A stretch of 64,000 nucleotides of DNA from Cycas panzhihuaensis (lineage: Eukaryota; Plantae; Cycadophyta): contig CM041465.1 of the NCBI GenBank assembly GCA_023213395.1, positions 131,819,741 through 131,883,740 of the forward strand, written 5' to 3'. The position numbers were made by a program, and so were the translations under genes. Positions 40,198 to 54,300 of the stretch are shown piece by piece. Position 1 is the first letter of the stretch. Every line of letters starts with the position of its first letter. The notes under the pieces were generated by a model, which was given only the letters and a program-made list of their open reading frames with translations, made no database searches and had not been told where the DNA came from.

Positions 40198-43100
40198 CTA
40201 TCAATTCCTAATGTAACATGATTTTCATTAACTTTCTATCTTTTAAAGCTAATCTAAGAAGGTAACTATCCACAATTTTAATGTTATCTATTGATTATCT
40301 AAGTCATTATAACTACTTCAACTCAAGTGAAAAATATTAAAGTAAATAGCCCTATCAAATCACTCTAGAATATTTTGATGTCTATTGCCTCTAATAACTC
40401 ACAATCAAAATTAATCTATGAGTTTGAATGACAACCTTGAATTCAAATGGTCCTTGGTGGGTATGGAAAGTAAACTTTTGCTAATCCAAATTAGAGGTCA
40501 ATCTTGGAGAAGAAGGTAAAGCCATGGAGCTCATTGATGATGTTATCCATTCTATGGATGGGATATTTATTCTTTATTATAATAAAATTTAGGGCTTTAT
40601 AGCTAATACAAAATCTTAAAAAGTCATCTTTTTTTTTCCTATGAGCACAATTAAAGTAATATACAAACTCTTGTTAGGAATGATTACATTAAGATCTAAA
40701 ATATCTATAGTAATACATTTAAGTTTAGTCTTTTATTTATGCCCATATTGATAAGAGGTTATAGAGGTGGTTCATGAACTAGATTTAATCTTAATTAAGT
40801 GCTATTCCATAGTTTAATGGGAGTTTAGATGGTAAGTATTAAAAGCCTCATTCGTGTTTAGTGAGTAGGGACTAAAGATCCTAACGTTGATCTTAATGTA
40901 ATTGATCATCAATAGCGGGGGTGCCTAATAAATATATTTGAGCAATGAACCTAACATGTGCTCTAGATAGGAAATTGTCATTTTTTTTTTACTAAGATAA
41001 CCCTAGAATCACATGTTTTAATATTAATAAGTTCATAAAGGTTGCCACTCTAATCAAAATGAATAAATTTCTTATTATGATTTAGTGCATAGGTGTGTAA
41101 TTACTAGAGCCATCCAACTCCAAAGACAACATCTAAGGTCCCAAGAAGACGTGTAATAATTAACAAAAAAGGAGAGGGTGTCAATCCATAGTTGTTGATG
41201 AGTTGTTTCTCCATTACAAGTGATTAAGTGATCCCTATGTATTAATATGTTGAATGTCCAAGACTTGTTAATACAAATTCCATGATGATAAACAAGTTTA
41301 GTGTGTATGAAATTACAAGTATTACATAGATCAGTGAGGACTATAACTTTCTCTTTCTATAAAAAGCTATTTAACTTGATAATATTTAGTCATTGTGTAT
41401 TTGGGATAGCTATTAATGAGGTGGTAGATTAGACATCATCTAGTGGTAGAGTTTGATCAACCTAAGTTTAGTCATTAATGATGTCCATTGCCTATTATTT
41501 AATTTATTGTTCAACTACGAAAAGTTGTTTGCATTTTGCCCATACTTATTATAGGTTGGAACTTATTTATCTTTGCATAAAAAATAGAGATCATTCTTTT
41601 AAACTTCTTATGACTCCTTAATTTGTGTGTTTATTAAACATTATTGTCAAAATATCATAAAGATGAAATATATTTTAGTTTGCTTTATCCCTTTTAACAA
41701 CAACCCATCTCATGCCTTGTCTTATTTTTTGTTGGAGTTTGATTGGGTATTTGCATTAATTAGTTGATTAACATGATGATTGGATGAGTGCATAGTGTGA
41801 TTTTATTTTTACCTATTTTAATAATTGCCTATGATTTTTAGATCTTAACATACTCACTTATATGGCATGCCCAAGCTCGCTCCAAAGCATAACTCTAGTT
41901 CTTTTCACAATTTTTTATGAATTTTTAAGCTTATTATTTATTGATTAATTACTTTCATTATGCCCTCATTTGATATTCTTGCTTTGTTTATGCCCTTATT
42001 GGGCTTGTCTAATGATCCTAGAAAGAAAGCTTACTTCATTTTTAAAAGATTTTTTATGATATTTTACTTTTTTTTCCCTTTCTTTTTTAAATATAAGAAT
42101 AAGCACCTAAGATAAATATAAGAATAATGCAAGAACTTAGATCATTTTCTATGGTATATTAGGATTGATTATATCTTAGGTTATTTATTAAGAGAAAAAA
42201 AAAACAAGAATGAGTTTAAATAGTGCATATTCATATAAATGTATTAGTGTAAATATATTTGTTTTTATTATGTGGTTTACACAGTCTATGTGGTTGATGA
42301 TTTTATACAATATAAAAGTGCATGATAATTTTCATATAGGTACTTGTTATTAATTATTCCCCTTAGTTTATGTCCCACTCTCTTGGTAAGGTGGTTCTTG
42401 ATTGTCCAAGACTTGACATCCCTGGCATGTAAGCTTGTTCTTTCTTAAGAGCAAATACTTCTCATTATGAGGGGACTTTTGATTAATGGAGATGTAAAAT
42501 TCCTAATGTACAAACTTCTCCTTCTTTGAGATTATTTTGTTGTTGTGTTTTGAACTTTAAATATGATGTTTTCTACCACACTTTAGGTTTCAAGTGTCTC
42601 CTTTCTCATTGTTTCATCTCTAAGTATGTAAGACTCACTAGAATTAGCAGTGAACATCTCCCAATCATCCACCTTCATAAGTGGATCATCATTGGTTGAG
42701 AGTGATTGTAGTGGTTAACAATCAATAAGGTCATTAATCTAGGGTTTGAGCTCTTTTGAGTCTTCTCACTTATCAATCTTATCATTCCAAAGTGAGTATA
42801 ATGTAGCTCTTTCCTTTATGATCATATAGAGGTCTAGGTTATATCACTCCTTTAGCAGGGCTTAGGGATTAGTTGATATGGAGCTTAAGACATCTTCTTT
42901 GGGTAAGGACCCCAAAAATCCTCCTATTTATTATGCACCTTTACTTCTTTACTTTTCCCCTCAAGGGGAAGTAGTTAGAGGTTATTGGTTTGTTTGAAAT
43001 TTTTTTGTTCTTTTTACTTTGATTGTTGAATAGTTAGTACTTAGTTACCAATTAATTGGATCTCGTTATCTTAGCACACACATAAAAAGGCATACATTTT

Positions 43101-46100
43101 TCATTTGAAAGAGAGTTGAAAATATGTTGAGACTCGTTAGCATAGTTACCTTTGTAAGGATCACTCCTCCTCTTATCTAAGGTTTCTAAGGCAACCCACC
43201 TTGACAGGCATCATTTTTAGGGACCATAATGGGGAATTGCCTAAACTTCCTAGTTGCCCATTAAGTCATTCACATCATTAGAGTCTTTCATTAACATACA
43301 TCCCTTTAGTTTGCCCCACTTTAATCCTTCACCTTAACTAAGCTACCTTCGCGTGTTTCATTCTATCCTTTTACTCAACTTAAGTCATATTCATACACCT
43401 CATTTTCCTTTCATTCCATGTACTTCATGGATCCTCCCCACATCCCTCTTAGGTGATCTAGGAGAATTCAAGGTCTTCACCTTAAAGACTCCTCATTTCC
43501 TTCTTAAGCTACCATCTTTTCTCTTCATGAAGGTTAGAAAACCTCTATCACTAATCCTATTGCTACTCTATTTATACCATAGGATGCTTAGAATATATTT
43601 AAGTACTGCAAAGATCCTCTTTTATATGAAGTCCCTATTAGGGAAGAATGTGACGTAATTAGGAACATATCTTTAGTAGGAACTCCCACATCACTATATA
43701 ATCATTATGTAGACCATATAAGACCTATCTTCTATAATGAGGGATATGAAGTTTACATGTCACATCCTCTTCCAACTATTACATATCCCTTTAAGTAAGC
43801 TCTAAGTCTCATCACCTTAACCTACACTTCTTTACATATCATTACATAAAAATAAGGGAAACACATGCCTCCTATAAACCCATCCTCTTTAGGCATCAAC
43901 CCCAGTGGTCATACTCATGATCTTCAAACTAAATCTATGATAGTTTGACAATGTCTACCTACACTATATACTTCTTAGGTAAGACCTCAATGGGTGTCCA
44001 TCCTTACTACTTATTATAATAGACCAAGTGCTCCTTTCTCGTATCTACCTACTCCCCTATCACTAGGAATTATTCACCCATTGACCAAGGATAGTCATCT
44101 TTCATATGATAACCCCTTTATGTTGATTTTGCAAATGTATGACCCTCCCACTCGACCTCCTTTACCTTGACCATCTTCATGTGCCTATCTTATATTATCA
44201 CTTCATCAAGGACTATTTAAACCTACATGACCCTCTTATATTTTAGTTAAGAGCCATTAAATTCCATGTGTGCATCCCATGCAACCATGGTAGAATCCTA
44301 TACCTTCTTATGACCCAGTACTTACCCATATTATATAGGATTACTTAAGTCAAGCTCTCAACTATAGGCCATAAGTTCCCCTCACTTCCCAACATTTGAC
44401 AAGCTTCCCTCCTTAAGGAGCAATTATTTCTTACCTTGCCACAAGATTGTATCCTAGACATTTAAAATAACCACATGTATCTTACCCCAAATGGCAAGGT
44501 ACTTAGAGGCTTAAGATCTATATAGACAATCCCTCAAGTAACTTCATTTATAAAGGAGAGGAGGTTGTGTGTTGAATATAAGAGGAATCCCTTCCTATAA
44601 GAGTTTCTTCTCTCTCCACTACCTCCTTTCATACTTAAGTTGCCTAAATTTTTAGGGGAGTGAAATTAGGATCCAATAGGGCATGTGCAAGATTTTGCTC
44701 TTATATGCATTGACTACCTTCCCTATGACTATCTAATGATACAGTTATTTTCAAAAACCCTCAAGGGTGATGCCTTAAAGTGGTTATATAGGGTGAAATT
44801 TATATTTATCTTCTATTTCTAGTAGTTGGTTTATACTTTTATGAGCTATTTTTTCATGGCCATGCCACTTAAGACTAGTACTAAAACTCTACTCTCTATC
44901 AAATAAGGTAGAGAAGAGTCATCACATGATTTTGTCCATTATTTTTAGGATTTAGTTCATGCATACCAAGCTTCCCTAGATAATGACTTACTTCTTGACA
45001 TCTTCATTTATGCCTTAAGACCTTAGGTATACCTTGAGGCCCTCAAGCTAGGGTCCACTTCTTACAAACAAGCCTCAAAAGGTGCCTATGTCTTAAAGCA
45101 TTTTATATTCAAGCTAGGGTCAAAAATCTAACCAAATCTTCTACACCCAAAAAGAAGATTGAACTAGCTCAAGGGTCTAAGTTGACATAAGGTGATTATT
45201 TCTATGATCACCTCACTTCCATAGTTCAAGCTTTAGAAAGGTCCATTAATGTTAAACTTCATATCGATACTTTTCCTACTCATGAACCTATGAAAGAAGC
45301 CAAATTCATACATTTCACCAAACAAAAAGAAGACCCTAATGTAATAACTCTTAAGAAAATGCCTTAATGCCCTTATTAATAAACAAGCATACATGATTGA
45401 GAAGACTATCATAAACTTAAAGCCCTTGGTCACTACAATCAAGCTAACAAAAAGACTACCTCCAAGCTGAACTAAGATCAACTTATACATGAAGATCTAC
45501 TCCCTAACTCTGGTAAAAAGACCATGAAGGATAAAGGCAAATCCAAGGCATAAAATGATAATGATATTAAAGATTCTAATTTTGAGTCTACCAATAGGAA
45601 GTCATCACTATTAAATTATGATGAAAAAATGTCCAATGCATAAAAAAGGCCATCACTTAAAGGTAAAATACCCAAGAAGATAATCAATATGGTTGATGCC
45701 ACTAAGGTCCATTATTCATCTAAACCCCTTGATGGTGGCTCACCACCTAAGGACAAGTCTATAAATTCCTCTCCTTAGTTACCTATTTGATCTATTTACT
45801 TTATGTCTACTTCTTAAAACACAAAAGAGGGTACTTTCTCTCTCATAGAAGAGTTAAAAATTATTCTTATATGAAATTTTTGTAATGGGCCTTCTTAAGA
45901 GCTACCCTAATTAATAACAACTCTTGCTTAATACTCTTATGATACTAAGGTCTGATTTGGCCCTCAAACTAACTTTACACTTCAATCCATCCATATTGAT
46001 CAATGAGGGAAAAAAAATCATAATGGAATCATCTCCTTTTACACTAAGATTCTTAAAGATGATATTAACATTAAAATATATATTGTTTATGAGGGATCTT

Positions 46101-49100
46101 CCATCAACATCATGACACTCTTAATTCTTAAAGAGATGGAAACATATATCTACAAGCTAGTTGATTTAATTTTTCAAGAATATGAAAAATATCATAAAAT
46201 CTTAATTCCCTAAGTTACACTTCTACTTAGTCTTGAAGGAAAGATAGTCATGGTAGAGGTTACTATCCTTGGTCTTAATCTTAAGTTTAACCTTTTGCTA
46301 GATAGACCCTAAATATGTTAGATGTTAATAGTTTGTTCCTCACTATTCAACAAACTCAAGTTCTTCCATGATGGTAAGCTCAAAATTATCAAGTATAGGA
46401 GTAAGCCTATAAAATAATCTATTCCCCTAGATGACACACTTACTGGAGAAGGAGAATTTTCTTCTTCTTTTAGGTCATTAGGTTTTAGGTAGTACTTTGC
46501 TATAGAAAAATCACCCCTAAAGCCTTAAGTTAAGTCAAGGGATAGTTTCATGATCACTATATGTCCTTCAAGTGATGAGTCCCTTTCAAGGCAATTTGTT
46601 TAGCACCTCACTTCTAATAATGAAGTAGGTTTGCCTCCCCTCATTGATCTCTTTTTTTATTAAGATCCTTATACTACTTAGGGCTCTTAATTTAATCTTC
46701 TAGCATAACTTGATTGGGATATTCATGCCTAAGTGGCCTCTGCCCCCCACCCCCACCCCCCAAATCACATTACTTAAATTAAGATTTCCTCATTCACTCT
46801 TAGTACTACTATACAAGATTCTCCTATGTACAGTCCTACCCCTTATGATTGTCCTTACCAAGAGGCCCTAACTCTGAAACCCATTCTTAGCCTTGATCAT
46901 TTTGAGAATGATAAGGCAATTCCTTAGTAGGAGCCTCCTAAAATCTCTTATCTAATCATCTTAAGATTGAATTTACCAAGTATATTAAACTTAGTTCCCC
47001 CTTGCTAAGTTTAAATCATGAACCACACACCTCCTCTCTTCTACTAGACCCTACTCCACGTCACTTTGAGGAAGGTGACACTATGTTAGTGGGATAAACT
47101 ATTGACATTAATCTCAAGATGGATAAGACTCTAAAAATAATTAAGATAAGTGTTGATTGATCTCCTTTTAAGGTCAAATAATTGAAATAACTCTTCATAG
47201 AGTTCTCTTCAATTCTTACATAAGATTATAATGATATGAAGGGCTTATATCCTAATGATGTGGCCTATAATATCATTACCATTCTTGGGGCTAAGCCTAC
47301 TACACCAAAAATAGAGACCTATCTACCCATGCCTCTTTACAATAATTAAATAAGAGATTGAAAAGCTTCTAAAATCTAACTTTATAGAAATAGTAGATTA
47401 CTCTCAATGAGTATCGAACATTGTACCTATTACTAAGAAAAATGGTTCTATCCATATTTCCATTAATTTTCATGATGTTAATGATTTGTGCCCTATAAAT
47501 GATTTTCCATTACCTTTCCTTAACCAAATTTAGGACCAAACATTTAGCTTCAAGGTAATGTCCCTCATGGATGGCTTCTTAGAGTTTAGTTATATTCTTA
47601 TCTCCCCTAAGGATAGCTATAAAACTATATTTACTACACCATAGAGAACCTTTGCTTATAATGTCATGTCATTTAGCGTTAAGAATTGTGGGGCTCCTTA
47701 CTAGTAAGCCATGGTTTTTATTTTTCATGACTTACTTAGTGTTATTATCATAGCCTACCTTAATGACATTCTAAGATTTTATTACTACCAAAAGGATTAC
47801 ATTTGACATCTAAGGGTTATCTTTAAAAAACACCAAAAATATCAATTATATCTTAATCCCAACAAGTATGTTTTTAAGGTTACCTCATGTAAAATACTTA
47901 TAAATATCATATCAAGAGACAGTATTAGGGTAAATCTAGATAAATTGAAATCCATCATTAATATACCCCAACCCTTTAACTATAAAATAGGTCAAATATT
48001 TCCTTGGAAGATTGGGTTTCCTGTGATGCTTCCTTGTTAACTTCATTCTTAATGTAAAAGCACTTAACAACCTCCTTAAAAAGGGTGCCTCACTTGAATG
48101 GACCCCAAAAATCCAAGAAGCATTCAACAAATTTAAATAAGCATTAGTTTCTACCCCTACCCTAGATTTATCTCTTTTTTATGACCATTTCATTCTACTA
48201 AAGAACTCCTTAGTGGTATGCTTGCCCAAGAAGATAAATTTGGGTAGGAAAGGACCATCTACTTTATTAATCATACTTTAGTTATTGTAAAAACTAACTA
48301 GTTATCATCTGAAAAAGAGTGTCTAGCATTTGTCTTTGCAATTAAGAAGTTGTTTCATTATCTTCTTAGTAACACTATCTACATAGTAGCATAGTCAAAC
48401 CTAATTAAACTCTTGCTTACCAAAATTTACCTCACTAGATGAGTAAGTAAGTGAGCCTTACTCCCTCAAGAGTTTGATTTACAAACACTTAGCCATAAAT
48501 TTTAAAAAGGAATGGTTATCACCAAATAGTTAGCCATGGTATTTCTTCCCAATAATGATCATTATGCAATTGACGATACACTCTTAAACAAGCACTTTTT
48601 TTAAGTTGACACTCTCCCACATAAGGATAGTGATAAATAAGATAAGGATATTTAGACCTACTTGCAAGAATAAGCTTACCCAACAAATGCCTCTTTTAAG
48701 AAGAGGAAGAGAGTTAGAGAAGTCATATGTTAATACATATTACTTGATGAGGTTCTCTACAAATTTTCCTTTGATAGAGTTTGGTTAAGATACCTCACCC
48801 TTTCGAAAGCATAAGCTACCCTAAATGAGTGTCACATTTGGGTAAAATTAACTCATATAAATATAAATTAATATAATTACCCCTTTGATGTACACTAGGA
48901 TTCATAGTGTGTACACTTCTTTATATAGGAGGTTATTGGTTGACTAAGTAGTTCTCAGATTATGATTAGATAGCTAGGTAGTGATATGTACTATAAATAT
49001 ATATTAGTTTAATATAATATAACTGAAAATGGTCATTTCCCATAAGAAACTTATGTTATATATTTGTACATAATATTTTTCTATTTATTCACTTGCATGT

Positions 49101-51313
49101 CTTATAGTTTATAGTCTTATATGATCTTTGACATATTATTTGGCATTTATTTCTAATAAGTGGTATTAGAGTTATCTTTACTTATACCTTTTTTTTCGCA
49201 TTTGGTATTAGAGCCCTATTTTAAGCTTATATTGATCCTACTTAGGTTGTATAACTATGAGTATGTCTATCTATTAAGAGTTTATTATGAACTTATTTTT
49301 AGTATGTGTATTTATAATTAATTAGGGGGTAATCTGTTTGTTTATCAAGTGATATTTTGTTAGAAGTTATAGATGGTTTTAAGCCATATTTTACAAGGCA
49401 CCTATAGTATATTGGTGCCTATACATAAAAATCTAGTTGAAGCATAAGTATTACAGTTATCTTAGGCCCCACATAGGTTTGTAATATATTTTAATTCATT
49501 TTTGGACTAGTTATTTGCATGTTTTGTTAGTATACATGTAGGGGTTACACATGAGTCCAAGAGCATAGCTTTATATATAAGAGTGATCACTCTATAAAGC
49601 TGGTGATATGGTGAGTAGGCCATTGTCTCCTTTATCATATGATGAAGGGATCATGATTAATAAGGAGGGTGTTATAGTATGGTTTGGAAAATCAAATGGT
49701 TTATTAACTTGTGTGAAGAAATTAACACATATTTTTAGCTTAGTGCAAAGCTTACTAATTATGAGAGAACCTACACCATATGAAGCAATTCTATTAATAG
49801 TGTGATGTGTAATGATAATTTGTAGGTTTGTTAAGTATTTGTTATGTGCCACCCCATTAGAAAGTTGAGAGCTTAATTATCTATCATTACATATAATTAT
49901 ATAGCATATTTTTTATATAGAAGAATCTCTATGTTGCAAGAGGAAAACCTATTGATATTACTACTAGTTGATTGATGAGATCATATGAGTCCATGTTATA
50001 TAGAGGGTTTGATATATATTGATTACTACCTATAAATGGATTTATTACCATTTAGCTAATTGTGAGAAGGTATAACATCTCTATTGAGAATATTAAACCA
50101 TGTTTATGACTACAGCAGTGGTATTTTAGTATTTGGAAGATTAGTTTATTATTTGAAGAAATTTGGTCATCTATTAAGATGATTTAATATTGTTGGGCAT
50201 CAATACCATATGCATCTCTATCTATTAACATTGTACATTACTGTTAAGTGAAGTTTCTAATGTTATGTAACTATAATTATGAGTTGGATGACTTTGCCAA
50301 ACTATTGAGCAACTTCATAAGTGTTTAGGCACCTATCAATGGAAATATCTCACCATTAGGCACGTATTTTGCATATTTAACACTACTAGTAGATTCATAA
50401 TATCTTAAAATACTAGTTTAATGCTTACAAATCGAAAAATAGATGGAAATTAGAGCACGAGAGTCATTGGAATGCTCATAAGATGCATGTAGGTTATACA
50501 TGAGTAAATAGAATGACAAGTTAATTTTTTAATAAATCAAAGTTTCTAACATTAGAAAAATATCATTAAAGTGTTTCTTTAATGTTTTTTAGACTCTACA
50601 TAGTGCTCAAAATCATCATATGGGAGTTTTGATCTGAGCGAGAGTTCAAAGGAAAAGTGATATTTTTTATTTTTTTACCTTTTTAATTTGAAATGTTACT
50701 TATGCATATGAAAACAACTATATATCCCTCACATAACATCAAAATTAAGTGTCATTAATGATATTATGAAGCTGACTCATGAGGCTTTCTAACAGGTCAT
50801 CATATGATATGTTTTGAGGACTTTTCAAGGAAGTTTTAATAGTGTAAAGTTCAAACTTTGATTTGATAGGGTGTTAAAATGGAGTCTATCCCTTAAAAAA
50901 TAGGTATTTTATCATATGTTTTTGCTTAAATAACCATTTTTATAGATTTGTTCTATAATGCAATGGATGGGGTTGAGGGTTTTTAGCTCAATGTTTTTCC
51001 TAGTAGTGTGACCTTAGTAAGGAGAGTTAGAAATAAGCAAAATGGGAGTATATAAAGGTAAGTAAACCATATATGAGAAGGCCATTCTAAAGGACTAACA
51101 AGTACAATAGTTGGTTATCCATATGCTATGGTAGATGTTTAGCTTTTATATGAACTCGACATCACATTTAAAGTAGATAAGTGATATGGATTAGACTTTA
51201 AAATAGAAATGTTAGGTAATGTTAACCCATGGCAATATTAAATTAATATAACTAGCCATTTAATATGTACTAGGGAGATATAGTATATACATCTCTTTAT
51301 ATAAGAGGTCATT

Positions 51314-54300
51314 TGTAATAAGCCCATAAGCTAGATAACAAATAAAAATAATATTCATATAGACTATAATGATATTTCTCATATATTCACAATAAATTTG
51401 TACATATTTGTAGTAGATGTTTTCTCACAAAATCATTTAGTAGATGGTAAATAATCTTTATAACATTCAATTCAATAGACATATATGCATTCATGCATAC
51501 ATTAATATAGTAATATTGAAGCAATATAATAATAGAATATTAGATAATAGAACCTAATAGAGAATTTAACAATATATAACCCTCTTCAAGGTGGGAGCGA
51601 TCCTCCAACAAGCATGAGGCCCTAATAGCATGAAGTCACTATACCAACTATAATAGAATTCTCTAAGAATGATTTATAAATAAGAAAGGTTTCTCTCTAT
51701 ATATATTTTGCCCTTCAAAAAATTGACTTTAAAATGAAAATAACATAAATAATTCTTCTTTTAATTCTCCTAAAAACTGACTTTTTAATATTTACTTTTA
51801 TAAAGCTGACTTCATCCTTATCTTTAGAATGCTACAACTCCCTCCCCTCAAAATGATACTTCATTCTTAAAGAATTAAGAATTACTCATTGCTTTATCTA
51901 ATCTTCCAACTACCTCCTACTAGATCCTATATGTCATAAAAAATTGGCTTAATCTTGTGACTTTTATAAAACTTTATTAACAGGCATCTTGAATTTACCA
52001 ATGTTTATTCCTAAGACTATGTACATATTAAATCTTATTCTATATCAAAAGGATCCTATGACCTATGAGCTACATCAAATATCTCATCATGGTCTTGGCT
52101 TGTATTTACACATTTTATTTTTAAATAAAATGGTTTATGGAAGGAGAAATAAGGATTTTGTGAAAAGAATTGATCATAAGTGTCATGGATTGATGATTAC
52201 TTATCATGAAAAAGAAAAGAAGAGGTGGGATTATGAATTCAAATTAGGTATAGCTTTAAAGACATTGGAAGAAAGTGTTGAGAAAACTAGGTCCCAATAA
52301 CCAAAAACCGTCAACAAGATCTAAACTATTTTACAACTAATTACAGGAATTTAAACTAAAATTTAACTTGTAAGTTCTTACACCATAGATAATACAATAA
52401 ATAAATCAGAAATCTAAAGCATCACATATACACCAGATATAACGTGGTAAAACCTTAGTAGTATGCTAGGGAAATATCCACACAAGAAAGATATCAATCT
52501 TTATTATCTAAGAATATAGATATATACATAATCTATAGTAGAATGCTCACTATAACAATAACTAACTACCTCTTCTCAATATAGTACATCTAATACATCG
52601 AATACCATCAACATAATAAAAAAACACCTTAAATTGGGCTATATGAGAGATTCGTATAAGGCACAAATCTTGACCATTAAATTTGGGGTATTTTGAATTA
52701 ATAACCCTGATTCTCTTTATAATTTAGTATGTTTTATAGTGCTAGCTTTTTAGGTTGGGGGCTACCACCCTTGAACCCCCTCTTTGCGGGGGGGGTTCTA
52801 GCTCCCCCTACATCCCCTAGCTAACGGGAGCTCCTACCCCCTTTGGATCCCCCTACAAAAGTTTGGGGGAGGAACTACATTGCCAACTTGTCAAAATTTT
52901 AGCCTTTAAAATGTTGTTGTCATATTATTTAATAATCTCCACCTTGACAAATAAAATATGAAATGACAGGTCTTGTACATACCATGGTATACATCAAACT
53001 TCTTACTGCACTAACATAAGGTACATGAGATATATAATCCTTTTCTTCTTTACTATTAGGACTCGTACTCAAAGAAAGCTTGAAATAGGAAGCTAATAGG
53101 ATACTAACTTGTTTTATATTTTCCATACCAAATTTGATTAGCACCTTCTCCACATATTTTTATTGTGATAACCATAACTTACCATTTTTCTTATCTCTAT
53201 GTATCTCTATACCTAAGATTTATCTTGTAACTCCTAGATCCTTCATATCAAAAGTCCTAGCCAATTGAGCCTTTAACTTATTAATGTCTGCCATACTCTT
53301 GCTTGCAACTAGCATGTTATCAACATACCATACCAAGATAATGAATAAGCTATTGTCCAAGAATTTAAAATAAACACAATGATCATACTCAGTTCTTTTA
53401 AAATTTTGGCTCTCTATGAAGGCATTAAACTTCATGTACCATTACTTGGGTGATTACTTCAGGACATATAATGATTTACTAAGCCTGTAAATAAGTCTTT
53501 TCCTGCCATCCTGTACAAACCCTTCTAGTTGATCTATATAGATCTCCTCATTTAAATCTCCATGCAGAAAAGATGTTTTTACATCTAACTACTCCAACTC
53601 CAAATCAAGAGAAGCTACTAATGCTAATAAAACCCAAACTAAAATAAGTTTAACAACTAGTAAAAAGATCTTATGAAAATTGATACCTGCTTTCTGTAAA
53701 AAACCTTTAGCCACCAGTCTTACTTTGTATTTATCAATATTTCCATCAACATCTATTTTTTTCTTAAAAACTCACCTGTAACCAAAAATATTCCTACCAT
53801 ATGGAAGTTCTACCAAGTCCCATGAATTATTTTTCTTCAAAGTATCTATCTCTTCCTACATAGCCCTCTTCCACTTCTCACTATGGATATCATCTATTAC
53901 TTCCTGATAGCATGTAGGCTTACTATCATTAGAAACTAAAGAAATAGAAATAAAAGGGTTGTACATATCAGCTGGATGACTGACTCATATAGATATTTTA
54001 ATAGTTGGTGGAGGAGTGTCTATATACTCCTATAAATTTGCTATAGATTCATCTTCAGAAAGCTCTCCCTACTTTTATGTTTCCAAAGATGGCTAAGTCT
54101 CAAGCTTGACCTGTTGATGTTTAGCTTTATGATCTTATTTCACTTTAACTTCTACACTATCTAATTTTAGAAAGGGAGATTCATCAAATATAAAATCTTT
54201 GTTAATAGTGATTTTATGGGCCAAAGATACATCTCTTCTCAACTAGAGCCCTGAACTACTTAAACACACTCAAAACTTTATATTTCCTTTTCAAAAAATA

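Larger units (their letters stand above)
33400..42100 (-). mobile_element. Chromovirus-like gypsy remnant W' (duplicate of W plus further pol debris), interrupted by copia B
   Basis: 40442-~42100 aligns to 14390-~15900. 33400-34858 shows only faint integrase C-terminal traces. Boundaries are approximate. Confidence 0.5.
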
